Part shown: in pieces, positions 19,469 to 27,150 of the stretch | Layout: the number at the start of each line of letters is the position of its first letter | How positions within the stretch are numbered: the stretch's first letter is position 1 | Assembly (NCBI GenBank): GCA_964360435.1 | Contig: CAYHVQ010000001.1 | Coordinates: 1-63,496, forward strand | DNA: 63,496 nucleotides | Source of the DNA: an uncultured Gammaproteobacteria bacterium | GTDB lineage: Bacteria > Patescibacteriota > Patescibacteriia > CAYHVQ01 | Direction of reading: 5' to 3' | Translations under genes and position numbers: made by a program | The notes under the pieces: model-generated | Database searches by the model: none | What the model was told of the DNA's origin: nothing | Seen by the model: only the letters and a program-made list of their open reading frames with translations

Positions 19469-19840
19469 CTACGGTTCGTTTCTGACCATCAATCCCCGGA
19501 TGCGACTAAAGTCACGAATGTTTTTGGTGATGATCGGAATGTGGAGCTCCAACGCTGTTGCTGCGATGAGCAGATCCGGACGTTGACTGCGCTTTGTCCA
19601 TGTTCGAGCGAGAAACCCCGCTCTTTTGGCGATTTCCTTCGTGAGCGGAACAATGGAAAGGAATAGGAGTGCGGCATCAATCCGTCGTTCTTCATCTTTT
19701 GACATTCCTGAAAGCGCATAAAGTTCGGCGATGCTGACCGTGGAAATAAAAACATCACAGCGATCGAAGGTATGCGGGTCTCCGATTCCATTGAGAATTT
19801 CAATGACAATGTTGGTGTCCAGTAGTACCGGATCTTTCAT
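19469..19840 (-). CDS. vapC: type II toxin VapC (PIN domain)
   Basis: LLDTNIVIE, ..SIAELY.., LLIAATALE..PIITKNIRDF. 123 aa. Confidence 0.85.
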   Translation of the reverse strand: MKDPVLLDTNIVIEILNGIGDPHTFDRCDVFISTVSIAELYALSGMSKDEERRIDAALLFLSIVPLTKEIAKRAGFLARTWTKRSQRPDLLIAATALELHIPIITKNIRDFSRIRGLMVRNEP

Positions 19841-19843
19841 AAG

Positions 19844-20023
19844 TTATGCCTTGCCCCACAATCGCCTTCGGATTTCCGAAAGATTTCGCGCCGTTCGTTT
19901 CTTTTTTGCCCAAAGTCCATGTAGCTGAAGAAGACCGTTATTGGGGGGATTCCATTCCGAACGAACAACTCCGCGCCACAGGAGAGATTCTTTTGTCAGT
20001 TTTTTCGTAGCGGTTGCATGCAT
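19844..20023 (-). CDS. putative cognate antitoxin (59 aa)
   Basis: Hand-translated ORF MHATATKKLTKESLLWRG..LSEIRRRLWGKA. It stops 3 nt before the vapC ATG. Position and size fit VapB, but no fold was recognised. Confidence 0.4.
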   Translation of the reverse strand: MHATATKKLTKESLLWRGVVRSEWNPPNNGLLQLHGLWAKKKRTARNLSEIRRRLWGKA

Positions 20024-20089
20024 AAGTTAGTGAGTTATAGTGATGTTCGTATCTTATCGCTCTCATCCTGTTTCGTCAAATCTCGCATT

Positions 20090-20149
20090 TTCCTTTTTCT
20101 GCGGCTTTGCAAACGCAAAGGTGCCGAGAAAGGACGGCATCAGCCAAGA
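20090..20149 (+). repeat. 60-bp direct repeat, right copy
   Basis: ttcctttttctgcggctttgcaaacgcaaaggtgccgagaaaggacggcatcagccaaga. Confidence 0.85.
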
Positions 20150-20230
20150 AATTTTTGGAGGAATGGTGCCGCGCTCCCGTCTCTTTCGGTGATCTTCTCT
20201 CGAGCTCGGGAGGAGGTTAGTGTTTGAGAT

Positions 20231-20430
20231 TCAACCACCACAAAATGCCATCACGTGAGGAGCGTGAGGCATGAACCACCACATCGGTCCGCGGAACAAA
20301 AGCCCAAAAGAGATCTTTGATGAGAGCTCTTTGGGGCGTGTCTTTTCTGTGGTGGTTAAGATGCGCTCTCAAAGGTTCTCATCCAAGCCCTCTTTCGGGA
20401 TTCCCCGTGAAGAGGGCTTTTGTTTTTTTT
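20231..20430 (+). ncRNA. candidate leader/sRNA element, copy 2
   Basis: AACCACCACA boxes at 20233 and 20274. tgtggtggtt (20348-20357) is a 10-nt complement. Shares cgtgag..gcatgaa, ctttgat.ag and gtg.tggtta.gat.cg blocks with copy 1. Ends in a terminator. Confidence 0.3.
20385..20430 (+). terminator. intrinsic terminator
   Basis: aagccctctt/aagagggctt 10-bp stem, then tttgtttttttt. Confidence 0.65.
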
Positions 20431-20497
20431 CGTCGAATTTCGGATCATGTTTCTGCAACAGGTTTTGAGTGGTGTCAAATGTCATTTTGTGAACAAT

Positions 20498-20569
20498 GTC
20501 ATCCTGAAGGCGAAGCCTGAAGGATCTCTTGTACAAGAGATCCTTCGTCGCCCTGCTCCTTAGGATGAC
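20498..20569. repeat. GTCATCC-hairpin family element (full palindromic pair)
   Basis: gtcatcctgaaggcgaagcctgaaggatctc-ttgtacaa-gagatccttcgtcgccctgctccttaggatgac. Confidence 0.65.
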
Positions 20570-20662
20570 ATAGAGGTGAAATGTGTTGCAGAGCCGTGAT
20601 CGTCACGTGCTCGTTGTCTTCGGCGCAGGTTGCGCCAACCCACCCCTACTAAGGAGGGTAAT

Positions 20663-21886
20663 GTGGGAATCAAAGTCGCCGTGGGTGGGCCTCCCCACTC
20701 CGGCAAGAGCGTCTTCCTTTCCCTCCTGCGCGGGCTGCTCCCTCGGGAGCAGTTTGCGATGGTGGAGGGGGCTCCGGACGGTGAGGGAATCACCGGCTGG
20801 AGTCACGAGGGGGACGCGGAACTTTCCCGCGCGATCCGGCGCAAGGGGAAGTTCTTGGTGGAGTTCGTGGACTGGGTCGCGCGATCCGTCCGGGGCTCCA
20901 CCGCCCCAGTCACGTTGGTTGACCTCGGCGGAATCCGCTCACCGGAAAATGAGCGGATCCTTCGGGAGTGCACGCACTTCATTGTGCTGGCCTCCCCGAA
21001 GTACGAGGCCGAGGTGGCTCCGTGGATCGACTTCGGCAAGGCGTGCGGGTGCGAACCCCTCGCCGTGTTGGAGTCGGTCCTGGAAGGGGCCGACGACGAG
21101 ATTTTTTCGGCGGGAACCCCGCTTCGCGCGCGGATCACGCGTCTCGATCGGGAAAACCCGCCGGTTGGGTCGCCGACCGCCCGCGCGGTGGCTCAAAGGA
21201 TTCTCGAGCTGGCGGGCAGGGGGAACGCCGAGGACACGGGCGAGGCGGACGCGGGGGCAAACTTCCCGCGCCTTGCCGAGCTCCTCGGTCTCCCGCTCCG
21301 GAATGGCGGTCCGGGGCGGGACTGGATCCCGAGTTGTCTCCCTCAGCTCCTTTCGGTGGTGCTCGCAGAGACTGCGGGTCAGCTGGAAGTGCGGCTGTGG
21401 GGGAACTGCTCGGCCGGGTTCCCCTACCATGCTCTCGCGTGCGCGGTCGCGGCGCGGGTGAGCTTCTACGACCCCAAATTGGCGGGGTACGTGGAGCTCC
21501 CTGCGCTCGCGATCGCGGGCGAGGGCAACAACCTCCTTGCGTGGCGGCGCGAGGAGAGGGATGACCACTCCCTGGTGGAGTACGGCATCCCGGGGCAGGT
21601 GTTCGACGTGCCGAACCTGCCCGTCGTCATTCCGCCCACCGTCCCCACCGACCGCGGTGTGGTGGTGTCCGGCAAAGGCCCCTGGTGGTTGACCGGGGCG
21701 ATTTGTCGGGCGTACCACCGCGCCAGCGTGGCGTGGGTGGCGGTGTTCACGCCGCAGGAGTCCGCGCGCCTTCTTGCCGACGGGCGCGCGTGGGCGGAGC
21801 TTCATCCCGGCTGTGGGCCGGCGGTTGTGGTCGCATCGCGCGACGCCGCTACCCCGGTCGGGACGGTTGTTCCGTTCCGGCTCTAG
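20663..21886 (+). CDS. P-loop NTPase fused to two Csx3-like (Crn3 ring-nuclease family) modules
   Basis: GTG at 20663 follows AAGGAGGG (the track ORF opens at TTG 20630). Walker A is GGPPHSGKS, with APDGEGITGW nearby. The first Csx3-like motif is VSFYDPKLAGYVEL. The second is RGVVVSGKGPWWL..YHRASVAWVAVF..AVVVASRD. For comparison, archaeal Csx3 as I recall it has GVVISGRGPIWL..VAVYDPRLGAVVV. Confidence 0.55.
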   Translation: MGIKVAVGGPPHSGKSVFLSLLRGLLPREQFAMVEGAPDGEGITGWSHEGDAELSRAIRRKGKFLVEFVDWVARSVRGSTAPVTLVDLGGIRSPENERILRECTHFIVLASPKYEAEVAPWIDFGKACGCEPLAVLESVLEGADDEIFSAGTPLRARITRLDRENPPVGSPTARAVAQRILELAGRGNAEDTGEADAGANFPRLAELLGLPLRNGGPGRDWIPSCLPQLLSVVLAETAGQLEVRLWGNCSAGFPYHALACAVAARVSFYDPKLAGYVELPALAIAGEGNNLLAWRREERDDHSLVEYGIPGQVFDVPNLPVVIPPTVPTDRGVVVSGKGPWWLTGAICRAYHRASVAWVAVFTPQESARLLADGRAWAELHPGCGPAVVVASRDAATPVGTVVPFRL

Positions 21887-21910
21887 ATCCCGCATCAAGT
21901 GCGGGATGAC
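21886..21910. repeat. GTCATCC-hairpin family element (inverted orientation)
   Basis: gatcccgcatcaagtgcgggatgac, starting in the stop codon of the upstream gene. Confidence 0.55.
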
Positions 21911-21999
21911 AGATCGGCTGGCCGGCGGTCATCTGACGAGAAAGTCGGCCGCTTCCGCAGGGCATGGGGATCCTCGCGGGAGTTGTACACCAATCCCTC

Positions 22000-22038
22000 G
22001 GCGAAACGACTGCACATCGTTTCGCCCTTCATCTTTTT
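22000..22038 (+). terminator. intrinsic terminator
   Basis: ggcgaaacga/tcgtttcgcc 10-bp stem, then cttcatcttttt. Confidence 0.6.
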
Positions 22039-22160
22039 GCGGATCGTTGGATCTGCCAAGAGATGAGGACACCTCACAAAAGCGATGCTGGTTGGCGCGC
22101 AAATGCCGCCGATCCATGATGGAGCCAGCTTCACTTTTGCATCCGAAAGGATGGGGCGCC

Positions 22161-22833
22161 ATGATGTGCGCCTGTTGCGGAAATTGTCCGGTTTTGGTCG
22201 AGGGGCTTTGCGCGTCCTGCGATAGGGACGTGCAGGAGTGGGACGCGGCCCACGGAGGCCGCGACCCGATGGCGGATCTGTACGACGAGGACGGGGAAAT
22301 GGAGCCCCCCCAGCCTCGAGCAGATCTTGCGGTCGGTCGAGGCGCTCGTGGCCCAGTGGCAGATTGCCCTGGGTCCGAGCGTCGAGGTCGTCCTCGGCTG
22401 GTCGCTGGTGTCCGGTCTCCTCATTCTTGACGAGGAGACGCGGGTGATCGACGTGGATGCTCGGTTCCTCGTCGAGAACCCGCAGGACCCGGCGCTCTGC
22501 CGGGCGGTCGAGGCCGCCACCGGCCTCCGATACCGCAAGACCATCACGGTCGGCGACTGGCCGGAAGGTCAGAGCGTCGGCGTGATGGTGGAGGGGTAGA
22601 TCACCCTCGCGGGCGTTCCGCTCCCGCTCGAGGTCGAGGGTTGCATCCGCAACCCGAAGTACGTCGGCTGGGGGCGGTTCTACCGAGAGGTTCTGACGCC
22701 GGAAGAATTGGAGGACTTCCGGCGTCGGAAAGTGGAGCTCCGCCACAACAAAGCGGAGTACAAGCGCATGAAGGCCAACATGCGCCTGGAGGTCGAGCGG
22801 CGGTGCATCGAGCGGGGGCTCGTGCAGCGTTAG
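22161..22833 (+). pseudogene. three collinear coding-like segments: disrupted small gene or coupled mini-ORFs
   Basis: Segment 1 is MMCACCGNCPVLVEGLCASCDRD..GEMEPP. The coding-like signal then moves to the next frame at a C7 run (22305-22311): SLEQILRSVEALVAQWQ..GVMVEG. TAG follows at 22597-22599. The same frame then continues protein-like (ITLAGVPLPLEVEGC..RGLVQR) to TAG at 22831-22833, with no ATG/GTG/TTG near its start. Confidence 0.3.
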
Positions 22834-23069
22834 CTCTTGCGAGTCGGCTTGGCGCGCGAGGCGTCATCAGGGAATGATCCCATCCTCGCGCCGCGGTTTT
22901 GGAACACGGGCCAATCCGCGGACAGCACACCCTGTGGGGAAGGTAAGCGTTTTTCACACACGACTTACCCCCCCCTCTCTTAGAACACCGAAAGAGCCGC
23001 GATGTTTTGAGAGAGGGGAATGGCGATGGATTCCAACCGCGGTCAGTAATGGCCGCAAGAAAGGACGAC

Positions 23070-23882
23070 ATGAAAGACGTGATCATCCACGTCACGCCGG
23101 ATCTGGACGCCTGCATGTGCGTCGCGCTTTCGGGCGCGGACGTACAGGCCGTCCATTTCGTGCCAGCGGGCGCGCCGGAAATTCCGGCCGTCTGCCCGTG
23201 CTGTGGTTCGCGGCTGTCCGGTGCCGAGCGCGTCCTGGATCACCCCTTGGGTGAGAAAGGTCGGCTCGACCCAGACGGCACGCGTCACGCAGCTGCGTGC
23301 TCGATGCCGGAGGCCGCGAACGCGGATCCTAGGCTCCTCGAGGAGGTGGAGGAGCAGGATTCCACGGGACGGATTCTCCAGCCGCGGATCCCGCTCCCGC
23401 GGGTTCTGGCGGCGATCCGCACCGAGGCGCGGAACCGCGGACTGCGGGGAGTCGAGCTCGACCGCGAGGTCGTGACCGCGATGACCCGCGTTCTGCGGGG
23501 ACTCAACCTCCTCCACACTGCGCGCGGGGACGCCTTCGAGGTGGCCTCGCGCGCGCGGATCGAGACGGTTGGCGGCTTCAAGGTCGCCGTCCTCCCGGTT
23601 GGCGGCCAAGCGCCGCAGGTGGGGTTCGTGCTCGAGGAGGAGTTCGGGGTATCGTGCGCGATCTATGCCGACGGGTTTGCCCGCGGCATCTCGCGCTACC
23701 CCGGACACAACGAGCCGGACTTGCGCCGCCTCACGCCGTTCCTTCGCGGGTGGTTCGTCCACACCGCGGGGTTCCTGGCGTGTTGGGGCTCTCGCAAGAG
23801 CCCGGCCACGTCCCCGCCCCCCTCCGGAACGCCGCAAACGCAGGAGGAGCTCCTCGAGCTTCTTCGCCGCGTTTTCGGTTAG
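23070..23882 (+). CDS. hypothetical protein, DHH/MYG1(UPF0160)-like N-terminus (weak)
   Basis: Start at MKDVIIHVTPDLDACMCVAL (H..D.DA, as in DHH/MYG1 motif I), then VLDHPLGEKGRLD. Alignable by eye with the low-GC ORF 54702-55907. Confidence 0.5.
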   Translation: MKDVIIHVTPDLDACMCVALSGADVQAVHFVPAGAPEIPAVCPCCGSRLSGAERVLDHPLGEKGRLDPDGTRHAAACSMPEAANADPRLLEEVEEQDSTGRILQPRIPLPRVLAAIRTEARNRGLRGVELDREVVTAMTRVLRGLNLLHTARGDAFEVASRARIETVGGFKVAVLPVGGQAPQVGFVLEEEFGVSCAIYADGFARGISRYPGHNEPDLRRLTPFLRGWFVHTAGFLACWGSRKSPATSPPPSGTPQTQEELLELLRRVFG

Positions 23883-24049
23883 CCGGTCTTGCCGTGCGCC
23901 TGCGGGATTCGTGCGGAGTTTACTCCAAACGATCCTGTGGGCGCACGGCACTCTTCTTGTGTTGGTCTCTCTCTTTTTGAAATGGTGAGGCCGACATCAG
24001 CTGGAGAAACTCAACTGCCGCGGGAATCCCTGCGGCAAAGGAGAGTCAG

Positions 24050-25258
24050 ATGGACGCGATTCTGTCCAAGGCGGTTGCTCTTGCCGCCAGCATCAAGAGC
24101 ATTACTGCCGATGTGTGTGCCCGTCACATCGGCCGCCAGGACGTGGTTCACGCCACGCTCTTGGCGCTCGTTTCGGGCCGTCCGGCATTTTTCCTCGGAA
24201 CGCCGGGCGTGGACAAGACTGGAACGGTCGAGTCGCTGGCGGATCGGATTGTGGGCGCGAAGTTTTTCAACGCGCTCATGCCGACCATGACCAGCGCGGA
24301 CCACCTTCTGGTGGAGTCTACGCGGATCGAAGAGGAGCCCACTGCGAGCGGCGGAAAGTCCGTCCGCATTCGCGGTGAGCTGGGTCGCGCCGCGGCCGCG
24401 CACATCGTCTTTGCAGATGAGATCTGGAAGTCGGAGCCGTATGTGCTCCAGACGCTTCTGGACCTCGCCAAAGGCGGCGGGGTGCGGCACGAAGGCGCGA
24501 ATGTGCGGACGCCGCTCCTTGCGTTTTTGGCGGCGTCGAATGAGCTCCCGGACTCCGAAGGGAACTTGGGCGCGGTGTGGTCTCGCATGACCCTCCGCGT
24601 TCCGGTGCGTTCCCTGGATCGGGGCGGGAAGCTCCAGCTCGTGTCGTCTCGGCTGGCGCATGGCCGCTCGGCGAGCAACAGCAACACGGTTTCGGCCGTG
24701 ACGCTGACGCTCGACGAGGTGGCCGTGCTTCGCGCCGGGCGGACGCACGTCATCGTGTCCGATGAGATTGTCGAGAGCGTGTTGGGAATCTACCAACAGC
24801 TCCTCGAAACTCACACCGACGGCACGTTCCAGTGGCTCTGGGACGACGACCGTCGCTTCGGGCGCGTGTTTGATATTTTGCAGGCCGAGGCCCTGCTTTC
24901 GGGACGAACTGTGGTAGCCAAGTCGGACCTTCGGGTGCTGAAGTGGCTGCTGTGGGACACCCCCGAGCAGATCGCCGCGGTCGAGGCCGTGCTCGCGCCG
25001 CTGTGCCGGACTCCGGCAAGCGAGGCGCGCGAGATGGCCGATGCCCTCCTGGCCGCAGGGGGTGTCGTGGATAGCTTCTTGTCTGGCGCGTCCGAGCGCA
25101 TCACCGATTCCTTGCGCCAGTGCAAGGATGCGGCTGACCAGCTCGAGCAGCTCGCAACCCAAGCGACGGGGAGCGAGGCGGACCTGGTCCGCGCGGTGCT
25201 CGACGAGGTGCGTGGAGTCCGGCAGCGTGTCGCCAACAAGGCTGCCGGGATCGAGTAG
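24050..25258 (+). CDS. RavA-like MoxR-family AAA+ ATPase
   Basis: AAGGAG SD. Walker A LGTPGVDKT, Walker B HIVFADEIWK, LLDLAKGG, sensor AASNELP. Collinear with E. coli RavA as I recall it. Confidence 0.75.
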   Translation: MDAILSKAVALAASIKSITADVCARHIGRQDVVHATLLALVSGRPAFFLGTPGVDKTGTVESLADRIVGAKFFNALMPTMTSADHLLVESTRIEEEPTASGGKSVRIRGELGRAAAAHIVFADEIWKSEPYVLQTLLDLAKGGGVRHEGANVRTPLLAFLAASNELPDSEGNLGAVWSRMTLRVPVRSLDRGGKLQLVSSRLAHGRSASNSNTVSAVTLTLDEVAVLRAGRTHVIVSDEIVESVLGIYQQLLETHTDGTFQWLWDDDRRFGRVFDILQAEALLSGRTVVAKSDLRVLKWLLWDTPEQIAAVEAVLAPLCRTPASEAREMADALLAAGGVVDSFLSGASERITDSLRQCKDAADQLEQLATQATGSEADLVRAVLDEVRGVRQRVANKAAGIE

Positions 25259-25273
25259 CCCCAAGGAGGAGAG

Positions 25274-26995
25274 ATGGACGCGAAAAAAAACATCGCTCCT
25301 CCGCTCGCCCCGGGGGAGTTGCTTCCAGCGATGGTGTCCGAGGCGGATGTGTTTACCGTCCTCGGCTACTGCCGCACGCGGGAGCAGACTCCCGCAATTT
25401 GGGAGCTCGAGAAGAATGGGGCGAAGGTGTTGCCGGGGGTGACTGCCGCCCTGGGTGACACGTACAACGTGTTGTGGTCCGAGGAGGCAGGACTCAAGCC
25501 CTCGGATCAAGTTCCTCCCAGCCGTCAGTATTGGCGCGGGATGCTCGGAGAAACGGTCGAGACGGCCGCGTTTGAAGAGCTCCATGCCAAGACACGCGGA
25601 GACCGCGTGTTGGCGATGGCGGGAACGATTGAAGCCGCCCGAACCATCCTGCGGCTCGTTTCCGCGGATGACGCGGAACAGCTCGAGCGCGTGGCAGAGG
25701 CAGACGCCGAAGCCGACCAGCTCGAGCAAACGGCGCAGGATGCCCAGGCCGAGGCCGACGCTCTGCAGGAGCTTTGCGACCAGATGATGGCGCAGGCTCA
25801 AGCAGGCGGGGGCCAATGTCCTGGCGAGAAGGCGGACGGCACGGCAGATGGCGCTCCCCAGTCCGGCAACGGTTCACCTTCGGGTGCGCCGAAGGCCGGC
25901 CGCGGGTCGCTTACGGTGGCGCAGGCTCAAGCGCTTGCGGACAAACTTGCTCAAGCGAAAGCGCGAGTGGGTGACGTCCGGGCGCAGGCCGATGTCGCAC
26001 ACCAGCACGCGCAAGCCGAGGCCGACGCGCTCATGGGGAAACCTGGGAGCGCAGAGGCAGAGGCGAAAATGCGCGAGTTGGCACGAGCGGGGCACGCGGC
26101 TCTGGCCGAGGCGGGGAAGGTGGTCGAGGAGCTGTCCGAGACCATCGAGGCCTGGGGCTTGGAGCGCGGGGAACTGCATCAGATGGAGGTGCCCGAGGCA
26201 TTCGGGCTACTCCAGAAGATGCGGAAAAACCGTGCCTTCGAGTCCTTTGCGCGGCTCTTGGGCCGGCTGCGAGCAATCGCGGCCAAAAAGGCCCGGAGCG
26301 AAAGCCGCGCGGAAGGCCGGCGCGTGCCGCAACCCGAGCGCGGGCGGGACATTGCCCGCGCGCACGTAAGCGAGTTGGCCGCGCTCACGCATCCCGCCAC
26401 CCGCATCCCGGCGCTTCAACGCTGGATGCGGGGGGAGCTTCGGCTTCACGGCATCCGATCTCGGCGACCGCTGGGAGAGGGGCCTGTGATCGTCTGCGAG
26501 GACGCCTCCGGTTCGATGGACGGCGCCAAGCAGCAGTGGGCCAAGGGCGTGACGCTCGCTCTGGCCTGCTACGCCAAGCTGCGGCGCCGCGCGTTTGGTT
26601 GGATTTTGTTTGACGCGGTGGTTCACCGTGCCGAGCATTATCCGGCCGGGCGTGTGGGCGCACGCCAAATGCTCCAGATCGCCGAGGCGCGGGCCGGCGG
26701 AGGGACGAACTTCGAGCAGCCGTTTCGTCGCGCAGTGGCCATGATTGCACGGGAAGGCCTGAAGAAGGCCGACATCGTGCTGGTCACTGACGGCGACTGC
26801 GCGGTCTCGGAGGCGTTCCTCCAAGAGCTTTCGGCCGCCAAACGGGCGCATGAGTTCTCGGTGCTCACAGTGATCTGTGATGTCCCGGGAACACATGTGA
26901 CTGATGCGGCGGTCCGGCTCTTCTCGGAGCGCGTCGAGCGCGTTTCCGCCTTCACGGCAGAGGAGGCGGAGCAGAAGGTCTTTCGCAACCTGTGA
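25274..26995 (+). CDS. ViaA-like VWA-domain protein
   Basis: AAGGAGGAG SD 16 nt after the AAA+ stop. C-terminal VWA with MIDAS residues VCEDASGSM, GGGTNF, LVTDGD. Long Ala/Gln/Glu-rich coiled-coil-like middle region. Confidence 0.7.
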   Translation: MDAKKNIAPPLAPGELLPAMVSEADVFTVLGYCRTREQTPAIWELEKNGAKVLPGVTAALGDTYNVLWSEEAGLKPSDQVPPSRQYWRGMLGETVETAAFEELHAKTRGDRVLAMAGTIEAARTILRLVSADDAEQLERVAEADAEADQLEQTAQDAQAEADALQELCDQMMAQAQAGGGQCPGEKADGTADGAPQSGNGSPSGAPKAGRGSLTVAQAQALADKLAQAKARVGDVRAQADVAHQHAQAEADALMGKPGSAEAEAKMRELARAGHAALAEAGKVVEELSETIEAWGLERGELHQMEVPEAFGLLQKMRKNRAFESFARLLGRLRAIAAKKARSESRAEGRRVPQPERGRDIARAHVSELAALTHPATRIPALQRWMRGELRLHGIRSRRPLGEGPVIVCEDASGSMDGAKQQWAKGVTLALACYAKLRRRAFGWILFDAVVHRAEHYPAGRVGARQMLQIAEARAGGGTNFEQPFRRAVAMIAREGLKKADIVLVTDGDCAVSEAFLQELSAAKRAHEFSVLTVICDVPGTHVTDAAVRLFSERVERVSAFTAEEAEQKVFRNL

Positions 26996-27024
26996 GGTCG
27001 GGTCTGCCAACCCGTCTCACCTTC

Positions 27025-27070
27025 CCCCGCACCCATACGCAAGTGTGTGGTGCGGGGCTTCTTCTCTTCG
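27025..27070 (+). terminator. terminator-like hairpin
   Basis: ccccgcacc/ggtgcgggg 9-bp stem, 15-nt loop, C-interrupted T tract cttcttctcttcg. Confidence 0.4.
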
Positions 27071-27150
27071 TCGTGAACACATCTCGTGTTCGTGGCGAGA
27101 AGATCAAGTTTGAGCCGCTCCGTTCGCGGAGCATGGGAGGGAGGTGAGTC

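Noticed and set aside
22597-22599. TAG reassignment or readthrough as an alternative genetic code in the island.
   Set aside because: TAG terminates at least five neighbouring island ORFs at positions that give sensible protein ends and are followed by terminators or the next SD. A global recoding is therefore unlikely.
24011-25816. Very long antisense or off-frame ORFs in the GC-rich blocks. Examples: 24011-25816(-) 601 aa, 26638-28788(-) 716 aa, 28878-30575(-) 565 aa, 20939-21898(-), 21895-22746(-), 23043-23951(-), 20583-21461(+), 30110-31045(+), 56166-57443(-).
   Set aside because: Their translations are Arg/Pro/Gly-rich with no motifs. They mirror sense ORFs that have SD sites, recognisable domains and strong GC3 bias. 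These are the classic shadow ORFs of high-GC DNA.
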